The position numbers and the translations under genes are program-made. 64,000 bases of DNA from Bacillota bacterium (lineage in GTDB: Bacteria; Armatimonadota; HRBIN16), in NCBI GenBank assembly GCA_023511455.1, contig JAIMBJ010000011.1:13637-77636 (forward strand). The letters run 5' to 3'. Shown here one piece after another: positions 1 to 8,571 of the stretch (within the stretch, counting starts at the first letter, position 1; the number at the start of each line of letters is the position of its first letter). The notes under the pieces are model-generated. The model had not been told where the DNA came from. It saw only the letters and a program-made list of their open reading frames with translations, and made no database searches.

Positions 1-37
1 CGAGCAGTCACCTGCTCGCCCTTTGCAGCGGATTGCT

Positions 38-2488
38 TTATCCGTCTTTGCCCGGTGTAGGAACAGGAGCTGTTACCGCTGCTGCCTCTACCTGCTCCAC
101 GATAGAGCCTCGCTTGCTCCAGTAGACCGCGAACGCCAGCGCACCCACAGCCACTAGCACAATCGCCGCGCGTATCCAGGGAGCGATGGGCTGGATGACC
201 ACCGGTGCAATCAGGATGCCCACGAGGTTCATGACCTTAATGAGCGGGTTCAGCGCGGGACCGGCGGTATCCTTGAACGGGTCGCCAACGGTATCGCAGA
301 TGACCCCCGCCTTGTGATACTCGGTGCCTTTGCCGCCGAACAGGCCATCTTCGATCTTCTTCTTGGCGTTGTCCCACGCACCGCCAGAGTTCGCCAGCAT
401 CACCGCCATCAGCTGTCCCGTAAGGATTGCACCCGCGAGATAACCCCCCAGCGCCTGTGCGCCCTTAATCGGGTCGCTGAAGCCCATGCCAAAGCCCACC
501 AGCACCGGCAGAGCGATTGCCAGCACGCCAGGGCCGAGCAGCTCCTTCTGGGCGGCGGCGGTCACGATAGCCACGCTGCGTCCGTAGTCGGGTTTTTCGG
601 TACCCGCCATGATGCCCGGTCGCTCGCGGAACTGCCGGCGCACCTCTTCGATCAGCTCAAAGGCGGCACGTCCCACCGCTTTGATGGAGAACGCCGAGAA
701 CAGGAACGGCGCCGCGCCACCAATCAACAAGCCGATGAAGATTTCCGGCAGGTCGATGGGCAATCCCGGCAGTGTGTTTCGAGTCATCACAGGGTCATAC
801 AGGCGGGCATCTTCCACAAACGAGTGGAACAAAGCGACCGCTGCCACCACTGCGGTCGCGATGGCGAAGCCTTTGGTCAACGCTTTGGTGGTGTTGCCCA
901 CCGAGTCCAGACGGTGCACGATGCGGTCACCGCTCAACTTTCCGGGCACCACCTTCTGCTCCTTCAGCGCGCCGGACATCTCGAAGATGCCGTTGGCGTT
1001 GTCGGCGATGGGACCGAAGGTGTCCATTGCCAGAATGAAGCCCGTGGTCGCCAGCAGTCCCAAACCGGTCAGCGCGATACCGTAGAAGGACAGTATCGTG
1101 CCGCCAAACAGCGCCGGCGGGAAGATGAACAGCGGCAACAACAGCGCGATCACGATCGCGCCCACTGCCCACACGCTACTCTCCAGACCGGTGGCAAAGC
1201 CTTCGATAATCATGGTGGCGGGACCGGTCTTGGACGAGTAGGCGATTTCGGTGACGGGTTTCTTCTGGGTGGAGGTGAAGTACTCGGTGAGGCGTTCGAT
1301 GAGTAGCGCCATCACCAGACCGGCGGCGTTGGCGAGGAAGAATCGCCACCATTCCACCTGTCTGCCGCCCAGCTCTGGCTTGAGGGCGATATCGTTCATC
1401 AGGAAGTAGCTGACCACCGCGAAGCCTGCCAGCGCGACCCACCACGAGATATTGAAGCCCACGTTGATCGGGCGCATCGGGTCGAGGTCCTCGCGGTCTT
1501 CGCCACGCACGCCCAGCACGCCAATGATGGAGGCGATAACGCCTACCGCACGCACCAGCAGGGCGTAGACAATGAGCTTCAGCACAGACGGACCGGTCAG
1601 TACGCTGGCGGTCGCCGCGCCCAGGATAATCGCCGCCACGAGGGTGACCTCGTAGGACTCAAACACGTCCGCTGCCATACCTGCGCAGTCACCCACGTTG
1701 TCGCCCACGTTGTCGGCGATGGTGGCGGGGTTGCGCGGGTCGTCTTCGGGGATGCCGGCTTCTACCTTACCCACCAGGTCTGCACCCACGTCGGCGGCTT
1801 TGGTGTAGATACCACCGCCCACGCGCATGAACAGTGCGGCAAGGCTCCCCCCAAACCCGAAGCCCACCAGCACTTTCATCGCATCTTCCTTAAACAGCAG
1901 GAAGATGATAATCGCGCCCAGCAATCCCAGACCGACGGTCGCCATGCCGGAAACCGCGCCTGCACGGAAGGCGGTCTCCAGCGCGCCTTTGAAGGTGGTC
2001 AACGCCTGATTGGCGGTGCGCATGTTGCCCTTCACCGCCATGTCCATCCCCACCACGCCCGCGAAGTATGACGCGGCAACGCCCATAAAGAAGGCTATCG
2101 CCACACCGACGGCAAGGATGGGCTTGTCGGAGTAGACAGGCGTGTACAGCAGCCACAAGCCCACCGTGATGAGCAGCACGAACCAGATCATGGTCTTCGC
2201 CTGCCGCTTCAGGTAAGCATACGCACCGTCCTGAATGGCGCGTCCGACCTCCTGCATTCTCTCGTTGCCAGGGCTTTGCTTCAGCGTCCACGCGCGCAGC
2301 CACAAGCCGAAGCCAATCGCCAGCAAGGCGAACAGCAGCACTACCCACAGCACCAAACGCTCGGTTGGCCCGAAGGGGGGAAGGTCGATGGCTTCAGCGG
2401 CATGTGCTCGTGAGACGGTCAGCAACGCGAACAGCGCAGACGCAAACAGAGCAGCATTCTTGCGTCCCGCTCGTATTGTCAAATGCAT
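38..2488 (-). CDS. hppA: Membrane-bound proton-translocating pyrophosphatase (V-type H+-PPase), K+-independent subtype
   Basis: 816-aa polytopic protein carrying the PPase motifs GGIYTKAADVGADLVGKVE, DNVGDNVGD and DSVGNTTKA (a Lys in GNTTKA marks the K+-independent type). The ATG start at 2486-2488 was checked in the sequence. Confidence 0.9.
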   Translation of the reverse strand: MHLTIRAGRKNAALFASALFALLTVSRAHAAEAIDLPPFGPTERLVLWVVLLFALLAIGFGLWLRAWTLKQSPGNERMQEVGRAIQDGAYAYLKRQAKTMIWFVLLITVGLWLLYTPVYSDKPILAVGVAIAFFMGVAASYFAGVVGMDMAVKGNMRTANQALTTFKGALETAFRAGAVSGMATVGLGLLGAIIIFLLFKEDAMKVLVGFGFGGSLAALFMRVGGGIYTKAADVGADLVGKVEAGIPEDDPRNPATIADNVGDNVGDCAGMAADVFESYEVTLVAAIILGAATASVLTGPSVLKLIVYALLVRAVGVIASIIGVLGVRGEDREDLDPMRPINVGFNISWWVALAGFAVVSYFLMNDIALKPELGGRQVEWWRFFLANAAGLVMALLIERLTEYFTSTQKKPVTEIAYSSKTGPATMIIEGFATGLESSVWAVGAIVIALLLPLFIFPPALFGGTILSFYGIALTGLGLLATTGFILAMDTFGPIADNANGIFEMSGALKEQKVVPGKLSGDRIVHRLDSVGNTTKALTKGFAIATAVVAAVALFHSFVEDARLYDPVMTRNTLPGLPIDLPEIFIGLLIGGAAPFLFSAFSIKAVGRAAFELIEEVRRQFRERPGIMAGTEKPDYGRSVAIVTAAAQKELLGPGVLAIALPVLVGFGMGFSDPIKGAQALGGYLAGAILTGQLMAVMLANSGGAWDNAKKKIEDGLFGGKGTEYHKAGVICDTVGDPFKDTAGPALNPLIKVMNLVGILIAPVVIQPIAPWIRAAIVLVAVGALAFAVYWSKRGSIVEQVEAAAVTAPVPTPGKDG

Positions 2489-2654
2489 CGCTGCCTCCTA
2501 TCCTCCTGTATTCTTAACGAAGTGATACCGTGTTGGGAAGAGAGTGAGTTTGTGACTGCGGTGCCAGAGCAAACTCACCATGTTATTATATGCCCAGATT
2601 TGCCCGATGTCAAGCAGAGCATGGGGGTGGTCAATCAGCCATTCACCTTCTGGA

Positions 2655-2725
2655 GAGCGAAGCTCCCACCGAGCCGTAAACTCATCCCCGCCCGCGGGGG
2701 GTTCGGCTCACCGGAAGCTTCGCCC
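2655..2725. repeat. GC-rich REP-like palindromic element (family 2, copy X) between the pgk stop and the hppA start
   Basis: Shares the core GAGCCGTAAACTC...CCCCGCCCGC(A/G)GGG...CTCACC(A/G)GAAG(C/G)TTCGCCC with a second copy at 19870-19954. Its arms are inverted repeats (gcgaagct...agcttcgc). Confidence 0.5.
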
Positions 2726-2748
2726 TCGGGGTTTTGTGCACACGGACG

Positions 2749-3945
2749 CTACTTATCCTGCAGCGCCGCTACGCCGGGCAGAACCCTGCCCTCCAGGAAC
2801 TCCAGCGACGCACCACCGCCGGTGGAGATATGCGTCATTTTATCGGCAAAGCCCAGCTGCTCCACTGCCGCGGCGGAATCGCCGCCGCCCACAATGGTTA
2901 CCGCGCCGGAATCCGCCAGGGCCTGCGCCATCGCTCGCGTTCCGACGGCAAACTTCTCGAACTCGAAGATGCCCATCGGTCCGTTCCACACGACCGTTCC
3001 TGCCCCTTTCACCGCCTCGGCGAAGCGCTTCTGGGTCTCGGGACCGATGTCCACGCCCTGCCAGTCGGCTGGGATGGCGTCTACCGACACCACCTTCGTT
3101 TGCACGGCATCGGGTCCCTTCTCAAAGGGGTTGCCGTCGGCGACCACCACGTCCACGGGCAGCAGGATTTTATCGCCCGCCTTCGCCAGCATCTCGCGGC
3201 AGAAGTCCAGCGAGTCGGCGTCCAGCAGCGACTGCCCGATTTCTTTGCCCTGCGCCTTCAGGAAGGTGTATGCCATCCCGCCACCGATGATGAGTTTGTC
3301 CACTTTGTTCACCAGGTTCTCGATGACGGGGATTTTATCTTTCACCTTCGCGCCGCCCAGCACCGCGATGAAGGGGCGTTTGGGATTCGCCAGTGCGCCG
3401 CCCAGATATTCGATCTCTTTTTGCATCAGGTAGCCTGCGACGCCGGGCAGATATTGGGTGACCCCTTCCGTGGAGGCGTGGGCGCGGTGTGCGGTACCGA
3501 AAGCGTCGTTGACGTACACCTCTGCCAGCGAAGCCAGCTGTTTGGCAAACTCGGGGTCGTTCTTCTCTTCCTCGGGATGGAAGCGCACGTTCTCCAGCAG
3601 CAGAACATCGCCATCCTCCATCGCCTGCACCATCTTCTCTACTTCCGGTCCCACGCAATCAGGGGCGAGGGTCACGTGCTTGCCCAGCAGCTCGCTCAAT
3701 CGCTCGGCGACGGGCTTCAGGGTGAACTTCTCCCTGTCTTCAGGTTTACCTTTGGGGCGCCCCAGATGCGAGACAAGGATGACCTTCGCGCCCTGGTTCA
3801 TCAGGTACTGGATAGTGGGCAGTGCCGCGCGGATACGCCGGTCATCGGTGATTTTTCCCGTTTCATCCTGTGGCACGTTGAAATCCACGCGCACCAGCAC
3901 GCGCTTGCCTTTGACGTCGATATCTTCAATGGTCTTCTTGTTCAT
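2749..3945 (-). CDS. pgk: Phosphoglycerate kinase
   Basis: Classic PGK N-terminus ([25 protein letters not shown]) with conservation along the full length. The start was moved to the internal Met at MNKKT, upstream of which the ORF is junk. Confidence 0.93.
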   Translation of the reverse strand: MNKKTIEDIDVKGKRVLVRVDFNVPQDETGKITDDRRIRAALPTIQYLMNQGAKVILVSHLGRPKGKPEDREKFTLKPVAERLSELLGKHVTLAPDCVGPEVEKMVQAMEDGDVLLLENVRFHPEEEKNDPEFAKQLASLAEVYVNDAFGTAHRAHASTEGVTQYLPGVAGYLMQKEIEYLGGALANPKRPFIAVLGGAKVKDKIPVIENLVNKVDKLIIGGGMAYTFLKAQGKEIGQSLLDADSLDFCREMLAKAGDKILLPVDVVVADGNPFEKGPDAVQTKVVSVDAIPADWQGVDIGPETQKRFAEAVKGAGTVVWNGPMGIFEFEKFAVGTRAMAQALADSGAVTIVGGGDSAAAVEQLGFADKMTHISTGGGASLEFLEGRVLPGVAALQDK

Positions 3946-4008
3946 GGTTGCACCTCCCGTGCTTGACATCAAAAAGGGCGGGTTTACCCCGCCCTGTCTG
4001 TGGGGTGG

Positions 4009-5106
<1,098 letters not shown>

Positions 5107-5137
5107 TCAGAGAAACCCCTCTTCGTCAAGGGTTCTC

Positions 5138-5167
5138 TTGACAAGAACGCCAGATTGTGGCTATAAT
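5138..5167 (+). promoter_or_regulatory. Near-consensus sigma70 promoter (TTGACA-N18-TATAAT)
   Basis: ttgacaagaacgccagattgtggctataat: the -35 box TTGACA sits at 5138-5143 and the -10 box TATAAT at 5162-5167. The predicted transcription start is near 5175. It lies in the AT-richer gap/HNH intergenic region. Confidence 0.5.
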
Positions 5168-5175
5168 ACAATTGC

Positions 5176-5372
5176 ATTACTTGGGTGAGGTAAAGTGATA
5201 CCATTTGGACGATATAATGTTAACCTTAGATTAGCCACCGGGCGATGGCATTACTGGGGGATTGCGGTGCAACAGGATAAGCACTGGCGTCATCATCGCT
5301 TCGGACACGTGATGCGTATCCGATACAGCTAATCGCGCAAGCCCGCTGCCGTGTCCGCAGCGGGTTTTTTCG
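5176..5372 (+). ncRNA. Candidate small RNA or 5' leader/attenuator of about 200 nt, bounded by a consensus promoter and an intrinsic terminator
   Basis: No ORF of 60 aa or more occurs between the promoter at 5138-5167 and the rho-independent terminator at 5338-5371. The terminator ends about 27 nt before the RBS and ATG of the HNH gene. Confidence 0.25.
5338..5371 (+). terminator. Rho-independent terminator (8-bp GC-rich stem plus a T6 tract)
   Basis: aagCCCGCTGCcgtgtccGCAGCGGGtttttt. The T-tract follows the hairpin only on the plus strand. Confidence 0.6.
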
Positions 5373-5397
5373 TTACCGTAGTAACAGGGAAACAATC

Positions 5398-5940
5398 ATG
5401 TGGGAGACGGACAGACAGGTTCTGGTACTGAACAATGACTACGAGCCGCTGAATGTGTGCAACGTGCGGCGCGCGCTGGTGCTCGTGCTGCTGGGCAAAG
5501 CAGAGGTGCTGCACGTGGATGGCGTTCGTCTGCGCACCGTGGACAGAGTGATTCAGGTGCCGTCGGTGGTGAAGCTGCGCTATCACGTCAAGCGCCCCCT
5601 GCCTGAACTCAAGCTCACGCGGCGCACCATCTTCGCCCGCGACGACTACACCTGCCAGTACTGCGGCTACCGCGGCAAAGATTTGACGGTAGACCACGTG
5701 GTGCCCAAGCGCCTGGGCGGTAGCGACGACTGGGAAAACCTGGTGACCTGTTGCCGTAAGTGCAACCTGAAAAAGGGAGATAAACCCCTGCATCAGACGG
5801 GCATGACGCTGTTGCGCCAGCCCCGCCGCCCACGCTACGTGCCCTACATCAGCCTGAGTAAGTATATCGAGGGCGCAAAGAACGAGGTGTGGCGCAACTA
5901 CCTGCCTTTCTTCAGCGACGTGACCCCTTCACAGGACTGA
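5398..5940 (+). CDS. HNH endonuclease family protein (about 180 aa)
   Basis: HNH motif DHVVPKRLGGSDDWENLVTCCRKCNLKKGDK. An RBS (agggaa) lies 6 nt upstream of the ATG. Confidence 0.8.
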   Translation: MWETDRQVLVLNNDYEPLNVCNVRRALVLVLLGKAEVLHVDGVRLRTVDRVIQVPSVVKLRYHVKRPLPELKLTRRTIFARDDYTCQYCGYRGKDLTVDHVVPKRLGGSDDWENLVTCCRKCNLKKGDKPLHQTGMTLLRQPRRPRYVPYISLSKYIEGAKNEVWRNYLPFFSDVTPSQD

Positions 5941-6118
5941 CCTCGGCAAGGGGGTCGGTCCCTCGGCACCTCTTCTGCTAAATCGTCCAGCACCAGTACG
6001 CAAACGGCATCTACTTGTTTCAACCGTACTTCGTTGGTGAGGAACGCATCGCACCGATGTGTAGCATGGTTAACGTCACCATCTGGCATCACCCGCATCC
6101 TTATACCGCATTTCCGCA

Positions 6119-6291
6119 GAGGGTGTTCGAAATGGGTGGTTAGAATGAACAGATCACCTAACCACCTTGCCCTCTTCCCTGCGAGGAAAGGGGGGAACGC
6201 CCCTCTCCTCGTAGGAGAGGGGGTGAGGTAAAGCAAGACCGCCTCTCTCCTTGCGCTGCAACCAACTTCTCAACAATTCCCGAACACTCTC
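6119..6291. mobile_element. MITE-like non-autonomous element, copy A (173 bp), with terminal inverted repeats and 9-bp target-site duplications
   Basis: Terminal inverted repeats GAGGGTGTTCG...CGAACACTCTC. It is flanked by a perfect 9-bp direct repeat ATTTCCGCA (6110-6118 and 6292-6300). Three internal palindromes are present: ggtggtta..taaccacc, cccttccctgcgagggaaggg and ccctctcctcgtaggagaggg. It is about 85% identical to the copy at 56887-57071. Confidence 0.6.
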
Positions 6292-6300
6292 ATTTCCGCA

Positions 6301-6328
6301 TGACATCCTCCTCTAAAAGCGGTACAAT
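6301..6328 (+). promoter_or_regulatory. Putative hisF promoter (TGACAT-N16-TACAAT)
   Basis: tgacatcctcctctaaaagcggtacaat lies immediately downstream of the right target-site duplication of MITE copy A. The RBS gagggg is followed by the ATG at 6357. Confidence 0.45.
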
Positions 6329-6356
6329 AGAGGTGGTATCACCTGAGGGGTCAACA

Positions 6357-7139
6357 ATGCTGGTCAAACGCATTATTCCCTGCCTGGATGTGAAAGACGG
6401 CAGGGTGGTAAAGGGTGTCAACTTTGTGAACCTGCGCGATGCGGGCGACCCGGTGGAGCTGGGTGCACTGTATGACGCGCAGGGTGCAGATGAGCTGGTT
6501 TTTCTGGACATCACCGCCAGCCACGAACAGCGCGACATCGTGGCGGAGATGGCGGCACGGGTGGCGGAACAGGTTTTCATCCCCTTTACCGTAGGAGGGG
6601 GCATTCGCACTGTAGAAGATTTTCGGCGTATCCTGAAGGCGGGCGCGGACAAAATCAGCATCAACACCGCTGCGGTGCAGAACCCTGACCTTATCCGCGA
6701 GGCATCGGAGCGGTTCGGCAGCCAGTGCGTGGTGGTCGCTATAGACCCGCGACGGGTGGGAACCAAATCAGATGGCACACCGTACTGGGAAGTATACACA
6801 CACGGCGGCCGCAAACCAACGGGACTGGACGCCATCGAGTGGGCTCAGCGGGTGGAGCAGCTGGGGGCAGGTGAAATCCTGCTGACCAGCATGGACCGCG
6901 ACGGCACGCAGATCGGCTATGACATCGAGCTGACGCGGGCGGTAGCTCAGGCGGTGAGCATTCCCGTAATCGCTTCCGGCGGGGCGGGCAAGCCCGAGCA
7001 CCTGTACGATGCGCTGACAGAGGGACTGGCGGATGCCGCGCTGGTCGCCAGCATTGTGCATGATGGGCACTATACGGTTGCGGAACTCAAAACCTACCTA
7101 CATGAGCGAGGTGTGCCGGTGAGGCTCGCGCAAATATGA
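6357..7139 (+). CDS. hisF: Imidazole glycerol phosphate synthase cyclase subunit HisF
   Basis: [36 protein letters not shown] and a full-length HisF TIM barrel. The start was set at the Met preceded by the RBS gagggg. Confidence 0.93.
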   Translation: MLVKRIIPCLDVKDGRVVKGVNFVNLRDAGDPVELGALYDAQGADELVFLDITASHEQRDIVAEMAARVAEQVFIPFTVGGGIRTVEDFRRILKAGADKISINTAAVQNPDLIREASERFGSQCVVVAIDPRRVGTKSDGTPYWEVYTHGGRKPTGLDAIEWAQRVEQLGAGEILLTSMDRDGTQIGYDIELTRAVAQAVSIPVIASGGAGKPEHLYDALTEGLADAALVASIVHDGHYTVAELKTYLHERGVPVRLAQI

Positions 7140-7173
7140 ACCAACCGACAGAACGAAGAAAGGAACCAGAGGC

Positions 7174-7785
7174 ATGTTCCGTGCTTTACCATCGCTGCGA
7201 TTTGTCATACCGGTTATCCTGCTGATTGCGCTGTGGTATGTCGGCAGTCACTTTTTCACGCAGTGGCAGCTGCAGCGCATTGAAGAATCCCCGCTACAGC
7301 GGTCTCGCGTGATGTTCATCGCCCTGCCCGATAATTTAACCGCCATCGTGGCGAATAAAACCGTTTACGTGTATCGCAAGGAGGATGTGCAGGCGAAGTC
7401 CTTCGCGGCAGGCGAGGAACCCGCCATCCGCCCAGGCGCTAGAGCGATTATGGTGGAGCAACTGCTCGATCGCGCCCCTATCGTGCTTACCGAAGCGCAG
7501 TTTGCACCGGGCGCGGAGCTGCGTACCTTGCCTGCTCCGCCACCTCTTACGGGCGACTACGGTATTGTCAAAGTACGTCTGACCGAAGAGGGGCGGCGCA
7601 GGCTGTGGAAGTTTTCCGCAAAGAACGTGGGGCGCACGCTGGTCATTGCCGTTGACGACCGATATGTGGCACGGGTGCAGATCGAAAGCCCGCTGAATGT
7701 GACCGAGTTCGAGATACAGCCGATATGGCATGTGGAAAGCGCGCGCCTGCTGCAGGAATCGCTCAATGCGCCGAGGGGGCAGTGA
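7174..7785 (+). CDS. Membrane-anchored hypothetical protein with a SecD/SecF-like periplasmic head domain
   Basis: N-terminal TM helix (VIPVILLIALWYV). The segment GIVKVRLTEEGRRRLWKFSAKNVGRTLVIAVDDRYVARVQIESPLN resembles the SecD P1-head motif (NxGxxLAIVLDxxVISAPxI). Confidence 0.55.
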   Translation: MFRALPSLRFVIPVILLIALWYVGSHFFTQWQLQRIEESPLQRSRVMFIALPDNLTAIVANKTVYVYRKEDVQAKSFAAGEEPAIRPGARAIMVEQLLDRAPIVLTEAQFAPGAELRTLPAPPPLTGDYGIVKVRLTEEGRRRLWKFSAKNVGRTLVIAVDDRYVARVQIESPLNVTEFEIQPIWHVESARLLQESLNAPRGQ

Positions 7786-7978
7786 TGGTGTGGCTGGCTC
7801 TGCTGGCAGCGGTCTTATGGGGCACCTCGCCCATTCTGGAGAAGCGCGTTTCCCGTATGATGCGGCTAAGCAGCCATGAGTAAGCAGACCGATAGTGTGC
7901 CGAAAAGCAGACACCGTATCGGGTGCGTATGACAGGACGCCCATGTGGAAAGCGTTGCAGTCCCCACACCTCGTCCGT

Positions 7979-8500
7979 ATGTGTGTGCAGACCATCGGTA
8001 TATCTGCTGCCACGCTCTGGTTACTCTCGGCGTGCAGCAGCGGTCATCACCGGGCGAGTCTCCCGTCAGGGGAACATCTGCTGTTCTCTTTCGAGCGCAG
8101 GACGATGTTGCCAATGGTCGGTGGCACTGCGCCACGCTCGATTGTTGCGGAATACGCCACTGAGGGAAAACATTCGCTGCGCCTGAAGCTTTCCCCACGC
8201 CACGAGACAGTCATTCTGGACACTGGCGGTTTCCCGATGGACTGGCGTGGGTGGCGGACGCTGAAGCTGGATGTGTTCCGAAAAGGCTCACCCATCGCCG
8301 TCAACCTGCGCCTTACCGATGTGCATCAAAAACGCTACTGGATATGGAACACGCGGATACCACCCGGCGCCAACACCCTGAAGTACGACCTTTCCTCCAT
8401 TAAGGGACAGATAGACCTGTCGGCGGTCACCGAGCTCATGTGGTATGCCGAACAGCCTTCGGGTGAAATCTACATGGATGCCATCCGCTTGAGCAGGTAG
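7979..8500 (+). CDS. Lipoprotein, function unknown
   Basis: Signal peptide with lipobox (MCVQTIGISAATLWLLSAC-SS). The start was set at the internal Met, because the upstream extension has no signal peptide. Confidence 0.6.
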   Translation: MCVQTIGISAATLWLLSACSSGHHRASLPSGEHLLFSFERRTMLPMVGGTAPRSIVAEYATEGKHSLRLKLSPRHETVILDTGGFPMDWRGWRTLKLDVFRKGSPIAVNLRLTDVHQKRYWIWNTRIPPGANTLKYDLSSIKGQIDLSAVTELMWYAEQPSGEIYMDAIRLSR

Positions 8501-8571
8501 CCGTCTCAGTCCCGACAAAGGAGTGGCGATTCATCTTCGCCCTGTTACAGCGGGCGGATTCGGGTGCCTGC

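Noticed and set aside
1-18. Hairpin cgagcag-tcac-ctgctcg at the window edge, downstream of hppA on the minus strand
   Set aside because: It could be the hppA terminator stem, but the U-tract would lie outside the window, so it cannot be confirmed.
314-1306. 330-aa and nested shorter ORFs on the plus strand
   Set aside because: Antisense to the H+-PPase gene. Arg/His-rich nonsense.
2734-3966. 410-aa ORF on the plus strand
   Set aside because: Antisense to pgk, whose product is unmistakable. This is a shadow ORF.
5898-6236. 112-aa ORF on the minus strand spanning the MITE
   Set aside because: It runs through the palindromic repeat element. The reading frame is an accident of the repeat, and the equivalent frame is not conserved in copy B.
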